NCBI GenBank assembly: GCA_964016885.1
Contig: OZ024758.1
Location: forward strand, 22,196,001 to 22,260,000
Source: Eledone cirrhosa
Taxonomy: Eukaryota
Direction of reading: 5' to 3'
DNA: 64,000 nt
Of this stretch, positions 39,498 through 52,400 are shown one piece after another. The notes under the pieces were generated by a model that had not been told where the DNA came from, did no database searches, and saw only the letters and a program-made list of their open reading frames with translations. Numbering within the stretch: position 1 is the first letter of the stretch; every line of letters begins with the position of its first letter. The position numbers and the translations under genes are program-made.

Positions 39498-41861
39498 ACT
39501 TCAACCAAGAATTGAAACTGAATTGTTTCTCCAACTCACTGGCAACTTATTTTTCTTGCTTGAGAAAAAAATTGCCTCATACCCCTGAAAAAGGTCTTTC
39601 AAATTTATAACATTGAGATAAATAATTAATAACAGAAATAAAGACACAAGTCAACAGTTACTGTAAGTCACAATAATGAGATCAAGAGTCTAGTGAAACT
39701 TGAATGAAATTGCATTTGTTATTAACCCTTTAGCATTTACATTACTTTATATTTACTATTGTATTTTTGCAGTAAAAGCTTTATCTCACATAATATCGAA
39801 TCTATGAGATTTTGATATTATTTATTTTGAGAACAATACCTTAACTGTTTCTACTATTGGCACAAGGCCAGCAATTACCCAGTACATTACTGGTACTTTA
39901 TTTTATCGACCCCGTAAGGATGAAAGGCAAAGTTAACCTCAACGGGATTTGAACAATATGTTAATGTCAGTATGAGTGGCCAGTTACAGCCGGTTTGAAC
40001 AGAAAGAGACGAGAGAATTCTGGGTGGAAACAGCCAGTTTAGTATATACATTACTCTATATTTACTATTATATTTTTGCAATAAAAGCTTTAGCTCGCAT
40101 AATATCGAATCTATGAGATTTTGATATTATTCATGGAGAACAATACCTTAACATCAGTATGAGTGGCTAATTACAGCCAGTTTGAACAGAAAGAGGTGAG
40201 AGAATTCTGGCTGGTTTAAATGGCTAAAGAGCAGTAGGGGTGTGATAAGATATGATATAATACCTGCTAAGCATATTAACACATTAGAATGTACATTATA
40301 TATACACCGTGTTTTCAAACAGAATAAAAGCAGGCATATTTTAAAAGGGGTGTAAACTAATATGATTGAATAGCAACCATATTGAATGAAAACAATATTG
40401 GTATATTTAGACATTTCCTTTTAGTATAACATGAGATAGTTAGTCTTAGTGTAGTCTATATGAAGGATGTTTAATGTTTTTATTTTTGATTTACATTCGG
40501 AAAAAAATTTATTTATGATTGGTAAATTATAAAATAAAAATATATGATAAAGAGAAGTTGAAAGGCTAAGAATAATATTTGGTTCATAAGAAAACAAAAC
40601 TTTTAAAATCAATATTAAAATAATTTTAATCTGGCTGGTAACATCATTTAAAAAAGAACATATATTGTGCTACCTCATCCAAATTATACAATATCCTTTG
40701 ATTGTGACCATACATGCACTCATGCTAGACTGTATCCAGAGAAAAGGTCTCTGACAGGTAGGCCTACTCTCAATATCACCCACCAACCACTTGCCCATCA
40801 GCAGGCTCCGTCTTTCCTCAACATCAACTGTGCCATAATAGTTTCTGATTCGTCAAATGTGCAAACTATATGTCATTAACTTCTAAACCCATATAATATA
40901 CATACTTTTCTACCTCATGTTGTCTAATGCATCTCTCAGTCCCAGCACTATAAACACTGTACTAAATACTTTCTCCGATGAATTGCTTCCCTTGGGAGAA
41001 CTCTCTCTGCCTCAAGTTTCCTTCCAACAAAAAATAAACACCTGCTGCACTAACCAACCCTACAGTTAAGGCAGTAATTTTGCTTAAAAAAAAACCAGTC
41101 AGTTATTCATTTCCTAATGTGTGGCTATTAATAACGGCAGAGGTGATTTGTTATGCTGTCATAGACACCAAAATATATTCTACAAATGTTTAAAAGCCCC
41201 CAGTACCAACATCAAATCATAAATAAACATTTTAAATATCAAAGTCTGGGTTAAGAAATGGAGAATTTATAGTTTCTCAAACACCATGGTAGTTGTTTAT
41301 GTGATTATCATAAAATAAACTTATTCTTTGGTAGAGTTTTCAAATTAATATGAATAAGGCCTTCAAATGACTTAGATTTTGGTATATAGCTCTCACGCCA
41401 CCCTCAAAACAGACATTTTCATGGTTTGGTGATAAGTAAAATATTTTTAGTGCATAAAAAGAAATACCAGAAAATCAAGGCAAAATTGTATGAATTTAAA
41501 TTTTCCTAAAAGGTATTGGGGAGGGGGCTTAATAAAATTGACAATATATTTACTAATATACAAAATTATCTTTTTTAGTTCAAATGCAATTTTATAAAGA
41601 TATATAAAAATTAAATATAATCAATTACCACAGTGAAATATTTATTAAAATATTTTACTATGATAAATGGTTATATGGAATTTTTATGTTATGTTTACAA
41701 AATTTTATGTTACAAATTTTTTACAGTGCAGTTTCATAAAAATGTAAGGCAACTTAAACTGCAATTGCACAAAAGCTATTATTCAGCACTGACGTGAAAT
41801 ATCCCAGCCAATAGTAATCAGATCATTTTGACTAAATAAAAAGGTTAAATGGTAATTTATA

Positions 41862-41923
<62 letters not shown>

Positions 41924-43357
41924 GAGATTAATTAGAAGAAAAAAAATAATGATTTCTAACAGATCCAAGGCCAAATATTTTGGAGGAGATGGAAGAATAC
42001 TCAACTAAATCAACCTCAGTATGTGACTGGTACTTATTTCATCTATCTCAGGAGGACAAATGACAAAGTTGACCATAGCAGTATTTAATTTGAGAATGTA
42101 ACTAAATACTGGAAAGTCTTTCATCCACCACTTAACAATTTCTGCCATTCCTCACCCTTTAGAAAAAACTTTATAATATAATTGGTTCTACTTTTAGCAC
42201 AAGGCCAGCAATTACCCCAGTGCATTACTGGTACTTTATTTTATTGACCCCGTAAGGATGAAAGGCAAAGCTAACCTCGGCAGGATTTGAACTCAGAAAT
42301 TTATATAATATAAACATTTATATAATATAATATAATATAATATAATATAATATAATAAGCAAATGAGTTGTAAAAAAAAAAAAAAAAAAAATGATGAAAT
42401 GAATTTAATCAAAGTATATAAAAGTGACTTCTGGAAAAAATGTCCATTTTCATTCAGTGACAAGAAAACTACTAAATATTAAAATTATTTCGAAATAAAT
42501 CATTAAGCAGAAAAATAAAACACAGGAAACATTATGTAAATATTTACTTTTAAAACAACTTTGGTAAAATATTTTAAATAGTTTTTTTTAACTCAAATTA
42601 CAATAAAATTCGTTGAAACAGATAATTTGATGAAGCATTCACATATGAAAGACAAAATTGGTTTAAAGCCAAGGAACATTTGAAGGAAAATAATAGAAAC
42701 GAGAATGTAATATTGTTGAAAGTAGCAGAAGTAATTATTGCTATATACAGAATGTCAATAAAAATTGACTATAACTTTATTGTAGTAATGTCCAATTTAA
42801 ATTTTAATTCCATGATAAATAAATATGTTTTTTTTTTTGTAATTTTTGGTCAAGTGCATGCTTTAAAAAAAAAAAAAAAAAAAAAAAAAATTCAACTTTA
42901 CAATAACAAAACCCTTACATTAACTGAAAAATTATCAGAAAAAAATTCGTTGAAATTAAATGAATTTACATATTAAAAATATCTTTTTACCATAAAGAAA
43001 ACATATGGAATGAACATACTTCTATGATATTAAATGATTGGATTCTAAATTAAAATCTTTAAATCAGTTGTTTATAATCTTGCATAGTATGTTAAGCCAG
43101 GAGATTTATTTACAAATCAAAGCTAAAGTGTAGTCGCCCTTAAACTTTCGTCAATCTGATGGCTGCTGGATTCGATGCATTATCTCTAAAAATAATTATT
43201 TACAAAACAAACATATATTTTGCACCACATTTACAGAAACTAAATTCCAAACAGTTTGAAAAATCTCACATGATCAAAGAGATGATATATCCAACAAGTT
43301 GAACACTTTCTTTAACAAGAAAACAAGAGATAATTCTAGTATTTTTAGTTTGTTTGG

Positions 43358-43429
43358 CTAGTGGACACCACCAACATATTGCGGATTTTTGAAAACTGTG
43401 GTACATGGCTTGTAGATTGGATTCTCTCC
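43358..43429 (-). CDS. ITGB1-like: Integrin beta terminal exon ([23 protein letters not shown])
   Basis: AG acceptor, NPIY and NPQY motifs, TAG stop. Confidence 0.93.
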   Translation of the reverse strand, partial: GENPIYKPCTTVFKNPQYVGGVH

Positions 43430-46400
43430 CTGAAACATAAAGTAAAGGAATTCTTATAATCAAATAAAAAATTACAAAAAGTTGAAACAAAAATATTTAA
43501 TTTAGTAGAAATAGAAGCTTCTGCTGTATTTTTGACAAAAGAAATTTTAGCCTGATAGAGAAAGTCGATCGACTTTCGTCAAATCGGACCGAGGAAACAA
43601 TGTTTTCGTCGGTCTTTCCAGTTGCTAATACTATCTATCGGTCGCAACTCCAGGTAGAAGGAGCAACGTGAAATAAAGTGTCTTGCTCAAGGACATAACG
43701 CATCGCCCGGTCCAGGAATCGAACTCACAATATCAAGATTGTGAATCCAATTCTCTAACCACTCAGCCACACGCCTTCACTGGTGAAGGCGTGTGGCTGA
43801 GTGGTTAGAGAATTGGATTCGCAATCGTAAGGTTGTGAGTTCGATTCCTGGACCAGGCGATGCGTTATGTCCTTGAGCAAGACACTTTATTTCACGTTGC
43901 TCCTTCTACCTGGAGTTGCGACCAATAGATAGTATTAGCAATTGAAAAAGACCAACGGAAACATTGTTCCCTCGGTCCGATTTGACGAAAGTCGATCGTT
44001 CCTCTTAGCCTGATAGTGAGGTTTAAAACCCTCCAAAAATGGAAAAGGATGAGTTTTGACATACTATAATTTTACTAACACTGAAATTCATATTTCATAA
44101 GTATATAAGATGTTATATTTAGGTTGCTCAAACAATATATTTTATTTTACTATATTTATATATAATATGTATCATTTGATGTTTAATAAACTATTATATC
44201 ATCTCTACCTCTAACCACCACTCCCTTAGGCCCCAGCACTCCCTGGACCTTCTTGCTCCCACCAAGGAAGGGTAGTGCCCACTTTGAGAACCTCTCTGCT
44301 AAAGGTTTAAAGTAGTGATATTACTGAATGAAAGATCCTCAATACAGTCAACAGAAATTAGTTTAACCCTTTAGCATTTAAACCGGCCATTTCCGGCCAG
44401 TGTTCTGTCACTACTTTCTGTTCAAACTGGTCATAACTGGCCACTCATAATATCAAGGATAAGGTATTGTTCTCAAAATAAATATCAAAATCTCATAGAT
44501 TCGATATTATAATAATGAAAATATTGTGTACAGTGCTCAGGTGCACTACAACTCATCAACAAGTGTATGTATAGTACATAGGGTAATGTACAAACGTCAG
44601 GGAAATGAACAACGCATGAGTCATGTGAGATATTATGTAAGATAAAGCCTTTACCACAAAAATACAATAGTATATATAGAGTAATGTAAATGTTAAACGG
44701 TTAATGTCAAAATGAAAAGACCAAAAAATGAAAATCCAAACTTACTGCATTCCATTGTGCCTTACATCTTTCATTTTCAAATTTAGCTAACTCTCTGTGA
44801 TCCTGAATAGTTGTTATTAACTTCCAGATAAGTAATAGGGCGAGACCCACTGCAACTATTCCAACAATAACTCCAACAACAATTGCAATTACATTCACCG
44901 ATGTTGGACAGGCTGTTAAATAGAAAAACAAAAGGTGTTGATAGAAACAATACAAATCAATTTAACCTCTTCAGTACTGAAAGTAAGATAACTCATCCTA
45001 ATATGTTTGAACTCATTTCCAACAGTTCATAACTTCACAGCTAGATGGAGTTACTAGTTTATTGGTGTGACGTTTGTCAAATCATTCAGATATGTGTTGT
45101 TAATAAATGTTTGTTTAAAAAAATAGTAATTTTACTGGAAAAAAAACCCCAACACAGCAACTGTAGCTATGTAAAATATACACAGCAGTTAACAGGTTAA
45201 GTCTGTTTTACTGTCACGGTATTGTTTTTATTTAACTCTTAACATCCACTTGAAACTGCATTAACAAGACATTCTTGAAAAGTACAAAACAGCAATATGA
45301 CTGTATCACATTAAAACTTGAAGTCTTTATTCTAATATTGAACAATTTCACAATGATCTGTCCACTAATAAAGATAACTATAAACATTTGAATTAACAAA
45401 CTGATTTTTAGATATCTTCTGCTATATTGTTATAAGCTGTTAAGCGATAATACTGAAATTTTTTACAAAAATATTTTAACTCGTAAAGACATTTAATTTA
45501 ACAAACCTGTTTTTAGATATTTTTTGCTAAATCATTACAAGATGTTGATAGTTACAACAACCACCACATACACACAACATTATTTTTTGCATAAACGACT
45601 ACATTACATTATATATAGGGGCAGTGAATTGGCAGTATCGGTAGAGAGTCGGACGCCATGCTTTCCAGCATAGTTACGTCCCTTTACGGTCTGAGTTCAA
45701 ATCCCGCCGAGGTTAACTTTGCCTTTCATCCTTATGGGGTCGATAAAATAAAGTACCAGTAATGTACTGGGTAATTGCTGGCCTTGTGCCAAAAGTAGAA
45801 ACAATTATATATTTAAGTCTTTAGCTTAATATTGCACATTTTTACAACAATCAGTCCACTAGTAAAGATATTATAAACTTTTGAATTAACAAATCTGTTT
45901 TTAGATATTTCTGCTAAATCATTACAAGATGTTAAGGGTCAAATCCAATTGGACTTCAAAATCAAAATAAATAATTTCATCTTTCGAGGTTATTAAGAAA
46001 AGTACCAGTCTAGTACTGGGGCCGATTCTTCCACTCTCTGGAAGAAAATCTGGTGTACGGCGCCCCTACAACTATCAGGAGTTACAGGGCCATACCACAC
46101 CAAGGCAGCAGTGCTGGTGCCATGACAAAAACACCCAGTCTTCGCTATAAGGTGGTAATGCCCAGTACAAGCTGTAAAGTGGCTGGCATTAGGAAGGGCA
46201 TCCAGCTGTAGAAACCATACTGCTAGAACATGTTATAAAGTGGTTGTCATTAGGAAGGGCATCCAGCTGTAGAAACCATACTGCTAGAACATGTTATAAA
46301 GTGGTTGTCATTAGGAAGGGCATCCAGCTGTAGAAACCATACTGCTAGAACATGTTATAAAGTGGTTGTCATTAGGAAGGGCATCCAGCTGTAGAAACCA

Positions 46401-49400
46401 TACTGCCAGAACATGTTATAAAGTGGTTGTCATTAGGAAGGGCATCCAGCTGTAGACACCATACTGCCAGAACATGTTATAAAGTGGTTGTCATTAGGAA
46501 GGGCATCCAGCTGCAGAAACCATACTGCCAGAACATGTTATAAAGTGGTTGTCATTAGGAAGGGCATCCAGCTGTAGAAATCATACTGCCAGAACATGTT
46601 ATAAAATGGTTGTCATTAGCAAGGGTATCCAGCTGTAGAAACCATACTGCCAGAACATGTTATAAAGTGGTTGTCATTAGGAAGGGCATCCAGCTGTAGA
46701 AACCATACTGCCAGAACATGTTATAAAGTGGCTGGCATTAGCAAGGGTATCCAGCTGTAGAAACCAAGCCAGAAATGGAGTATACCAGCAAGATATGGTC
46801 CCCTGACCATGGTCTCAGTGACAATCCAACTAACCCATGCAGGGATGGGAAATATATGTGTGTGTGTGCGGTATGAGAGAGTGAAGTAGGGATGATGACA
46901 ATATATGATAGGTTTACAAGGGACAAAAAGAAGGGATTAAGAAGAAGGGATTCTACAGACAGAATTAGAGCAGTAAATTTATTATTACCTTTTTTCTCTT
47001 TTACTTCAATTAATAATTCACTCTTGTTGTTGTATTCATAAGTGTAGAAAACAACACAATCATCTTCATCAACAAGTCGGCAGTGTTTTAAGTTTTCATC
47101 ATCTGAAAGGGTATCATTAGCATAAATTATATGTTAATATTATAAATAGTAAATATACAATACTGTTAAAAAATTAAAATTTTAGGCTGAAATACAGGTA
47201 TTTGAGCCAACCCTTACCTATGGTCATGAATCTTGGGTAATGAGCGAAAGAATACGATCATGAATACAAGCGGAAGAAATAGGGTTCCTCCGAAGGGTAT
47301 TTGGAGTAATCTTACTCGATAAAGAGTGTAGCTTGGAGATCAGAGAGTTACTCGAGGTAGAGCTGCTACTTCTCCGAATTGAGAGATCACAGCTCCGGTA
47401 CTATGGACATGTGGTTAGAATGTCTCGGGGAAAGAATTGCTGAACGGATTTTATGGGCAAAACCAGCTGACAGGAGACCCAGGGGTAGACCCCAAGTAAG
47501 GCGGTTGGATAACATCCACGAGCTTGGTTGGTCTCGCATGGGGGGTCCAGCCAGATCAGTTGGAGACAGTTGCTTCTGACAGGACCTTGCTGGAGGGAGT
47601 GTTTGAGGACTCTGCCCTCACGACCCTCTCAGGGATAAGGGGGCGAAGAAGAAGAAGACTGATATACATCCATATATAAACGAATATCGCTGTTTTCAAA
47701 TGCCGTTCATTTGTCAGACGCAGAATATGGCAATGCTATAATATGTAAAACATATTATAGCATTGCATTTTTATTTCTAGTGGTATTTCTAAAATATTAA
47801 AATGATATGGAGGCACATGGCTTAGTGGTTAGAGCATTGGCCTTGCAATCGAAAGGTTGTGAGTTCAATTCTGAGACCGGGTGATGTGTTGTTTCCATGA
47901 GCAAGACACTTTATTTCACATGGCTCCAGTTTACTCAGCTGTAGAAATGAGATGATAGGACTGGGGTCCCTATCATTCCACTGTAAAATGGTCGTGGAGG
48001 TGCCACAGCAAAAAAAAGCACCCAGCCCACACTGTAAAGTGGACGTGTAGGTGACATGGTAAAAAAGCTCCCAGCCCACACTGTAAAGTGAACGTGGAGG
48101 TGGCACAGCAAAAAAAAGCACCCAGCCCACACTGTAAAGTGGACGTGTAGGTGCCACGGTAAAAAAGCTCCCAGCCCACACTGTAAAGTGGACGTGGAGG
48201 TGCCACAGCAAAAAAGCACCCAGCCCACACTGTAAAGTGGACGTGTAGGTGCCATGGCAAAAAAGCACCCAGCACTCACTGTAAATGAGGTTGGTGTTAG
48301 GAAGGGCATCCAGCTGTAGAAATCAAGCCAGAATCAGTTCCTGTCCCACCCTTGCAAGCAGGGAAAAGCGGACGTAAAATGAAATGATGATGAATGATGA
48401 TAAACATACAAAATTAACAAATCAAATAACCTACCTCGAAGTTCTTTTACATTTGTAATATTTTTACATTTACTACATTCATCAACTGTCAATTTTCCTG
48501 TTTGAAAGATTGAACATTGCACACAAGATTTGGTTTCATTGCATTTTCCAGGACACGTCTAAATAGAGATAAAATACATTTTAAATTCAATTAACTTCAA
48601 GTAATTGATACACAAAATACATAATAAAACAAACATTCTGAAAATGTCTTCCATATTTATATACAGTTAAGAGTTTAGAATGTTCTGGAACAGCGGTCGC
48701 CAGCTAGTGGTCTGTAGACTACTGGTAGTCGAGAGAAAATTTTGGTGGTCTGTAGAAAAATTTGGACACTATTTGCAATTTTTATGTTATCATCATCATC
48801 ATCATCATCATCATCATTTAACGTCTATCTTCCAAGATAACATGGGAATTGTCCCACTTGAGGCAAGATTGATCGGGTGACCGGGTTTCGCTCATATTGG
48901 ACTAAATCTGGCAGGTTTTCTACGGCTGGATGCCCTTCCTAACACCAACCACATTTAAAACAAAAATAATATTTGGTTAAAATATATTTTATAAGACCCC
49001 TAAAAAATGTTTCTCCTCAAGTAAAGAACGAACACCCATGAAAGAATTTTACACATATGTATTATCTATTGACAATATAATAAACTATACTGAAGCGTAT
49101 GTGTAATAAAATAGAAGTTCGCTGATCATTATTTTACAAAGGGCGGTGGATTGCCAGTATCGGTAGAGGGTCGGATGCCATGCTTTGCAGCATGGAGTTA
49201 CGGCCCTTTACAGTCTGAGTTCAAATCCCGCCGAGGTTAACTTTGCCTTTCATCCTTACGGAGGTCGATAAAATAAAGTACCAGTAATGTACTGGGGAAA
49301 TTGCTGGCCTTGTGCCTAAAGTAGAAACAATTATTTTACAAAGGGCGGTGGATTGCCAGTATCGGTAGAGGGTCGGACGCCATGCTTTGCAGCATGGAGT

Positions 49401-52400
49401 TACGGCCCTTTACGGTCTGAGTTCAAATCCCGCCGAGGGATTTAACTTTGCCTTTCATCCTTACGGGGTTGATAAAATAAAGTACCAGTAATGTACTGGG
49501 ATAATTGCTGGCCTTGTGCCAAAAGTAGAAACAATTATTTTACCATTGTATTTCTCTTTTTAAAATCATTCATATTAGTGGTCCGCGGGATTTAAAATTA
49601 TGAAGCTAGTGGTCCGTGGAGGTCCGAAAGGTTGGCAACCGTTGTTATGGAATGTGCAAGCATGTCATATTCTCATTGGACAATAGTAGATTCGACCAAT
49701 GAGTGATATTTGTTGTCCCAGTTTCAACCAATCCATTTTGTATGCCAGATATTCACACATCTGCGTTTTTATCCCCTTGAGTCATCATCATCACCGTTTT
49801 ATGTCCGTTCTTCCACGCTAGCATGGGTTAGACGGGTTGTCCTGTTGTGGGCAGTGTCTGGTCGGCTGACCATGCCTTGCTCATACAGGAACTGATTTGG
49901 CTTGATTTCTACAGCTGGATGCCCTTCCTAACACCAACCTCATTTACAGAGAGTGCTGGGTGCTTTTTTGCCGTGGTACCTACACGTCTACTTTACAGTG
50001 TGGGCTGGGTGCTTTTCTGCCGTGGCACCTCCACGACCACCTTGCAGTGGGAAGGTGTGGGGGCATATTGTCTATATGTTTCAGCTTGTACCCATGGGAG
50101 GTCGGGTACTCTGTATTACTGTGTGACGCCAGAGGTCACGGTCGTGTGTCATTGCCTTTGGGAGGTGTAATTGGGTAAGGTTGGCTTTTATCACTTCATC
50201 CCAGGTCATCTTGGGTCTCCCCACTCCGCGGTTTCCATCGACTTCTAGTGCTCTGCACCTTTTTATGCAGCTGTCATCCTTCATTGAGTGGATTATTATT
50301 TTACATTCAAATCTTCCAAGAGGGCCAAGGGTATTGACAAACAACAAAAGCACCTTCATGGCACCTACACTTGCCTACTTCAACACATTCAGAACATAAG
50401 CTGGCGATATCTGACTTTGAGAGAGATATATGCTGGCCTCCCATGCATATCTGTCGTTGTATGTAAAAGGAGAGTAAGATTTGCTGGCCACTGCCATCGT
50501 GCCACCTATGAGACTGTGTCACCATTAGTGCTGTGGAAACCACAAGTGGATACTAATAACGGGGGGAACAAGCTCTCCTATCCTGATGTCATCTCCAGAG
50601 ATTCTGGTATTGAAATCCAGGACTTGGCAACGGCAATGAACAACAGACCCACGTGGAGATCAATTGTTGAGTCGATTTCGGCTGAGGCTGCCGGATGATG
50701 ATTTTACATTCATAGAAAAGCAATGGCTTGAATTTCCTTGATAGTTTGAAGGTCAGGATTTGGATTCTCTCCTGTGGATCTTCCTAACATTTCCAACTTG
50801 AAAGTTGCTGGACATATGATCAGAGACAAGGGTTTACCTTCAGAGGTAATTCTTGTTTCTTTCAACAAGTAGAGTGTCAAAGTGTTTCGTTTGATCTTCG
50901 ACTATACTTTGTGGTGGGAAGATGAAGGTGTCTAAAACGATATCAAGTAGTAGTTGCCACCCATGCTGAGATTGATGTAAAAGTCCACTGTTGTAACACA
51001 TCTGGTTAATACATCTAATCCAGGCGACGTTTGGTTCAACTTGGATGTCATAAATCACCTTTCCCCGTTTGTGTATAACCACTCCCATTGTCCACCATAT
51101 TGGTCCACAACGATTGTGAACAAGTACACTATTACCTGGTTGCACCTTCCATACTAATGATTTTTTCATGTTTGTTTTCATTGCCGAGGTTAACTTTGCC
51201 TTTCATCCTTACGGGGTCGATAAAATAAAGTACCAGTAATGCACTGGGTACTTGCTGGCCTTGTGCCTAAGGTAGAAACAATTATTATCTGCATTCTAAT
51301 GCATTGGAATCAAGCAGTCAAACATTGTTTGTAGTCTTCTTCCTAACACTCACCTGGTGATTTTCCACCTGGTACATTTGGATTAGGGGTGCTTCTGTAT
51401 CATCATCATCATCATCATCGTTTAATGTCCATCTTCTATGCTTGCATGGTTAGGATGGCCTATCCCTTTGTGAGGGATCAGGTCGGGCGACTGTAATTCA
51501 CTCGTACAGCAATGATTTTGGCTTGGTTTCTACGACTGGATGCCCTTCTTAACGCTAACCACATTTACTAATAGAAAGGTTAATATTTCCTTTGGCAACC
51601 CCTCTCCCTTTGACTTTAATAACACCCACTTGAATGTATCAACGAAGTGTTCTGCCTGACTGTTAGACTGTGGATGATAAAGGTCATGGTTTTGATTCTC
51701 ACCAGGGGATCTTCCTAACAGGAATGAACAGAGCACACAGAGTTAAAAGAAGGAGAAAGAAATAACTTAAGGTCAAATACTTACTGGACATTCTTCACAC
51801 GTAGGACCTCTGTATAAAGTGGTTTCAAAGCATTTACATGAACCACAGTCACAATACCCTTGTCCATTACATATAAGCTGAAAGAAATCAACAAATAAAT
51901 TTAGTCAAATACAGAATATACTAAATATGAAAAATACTTTTAACTATACTTTTCACCACCAACACCACCACCACAATGAATTGTGTCACTAACACAACCA
52001 CCTTATAGTGTGGACAGGGCAATTTTTGTCACGCCAGCAACATGACCACTTTATAGAATGGTTTGGGTGCTTTTTGCGTGTCACCAGCACAACCACTTTA
52101 CTGTGTGGGCTAGGTGTTATTTGTCGTGTCACCAGCACAACCACTTTACTGTGTGGGTTGGGTGCTATTTGTCGTGTCACCAGCACAACCACTTTACTGT
52201 GTGGGCTGGGTGCTATTTGTCGTGTCACTAGCATGACCACTTTACAGTGTGGGCTGGGTGCTTTTTGTCGTGACAGCAACATGACCACTTTACAGTGTGG
52301 ACTGGGTGCTTTTTGTCGTGACAGCAACATGACCACTTTACAGTGTGGACTGGGTGCTTTTTGTCGTGACAGCAACATGACCACTTTACAGTGTGGACTG

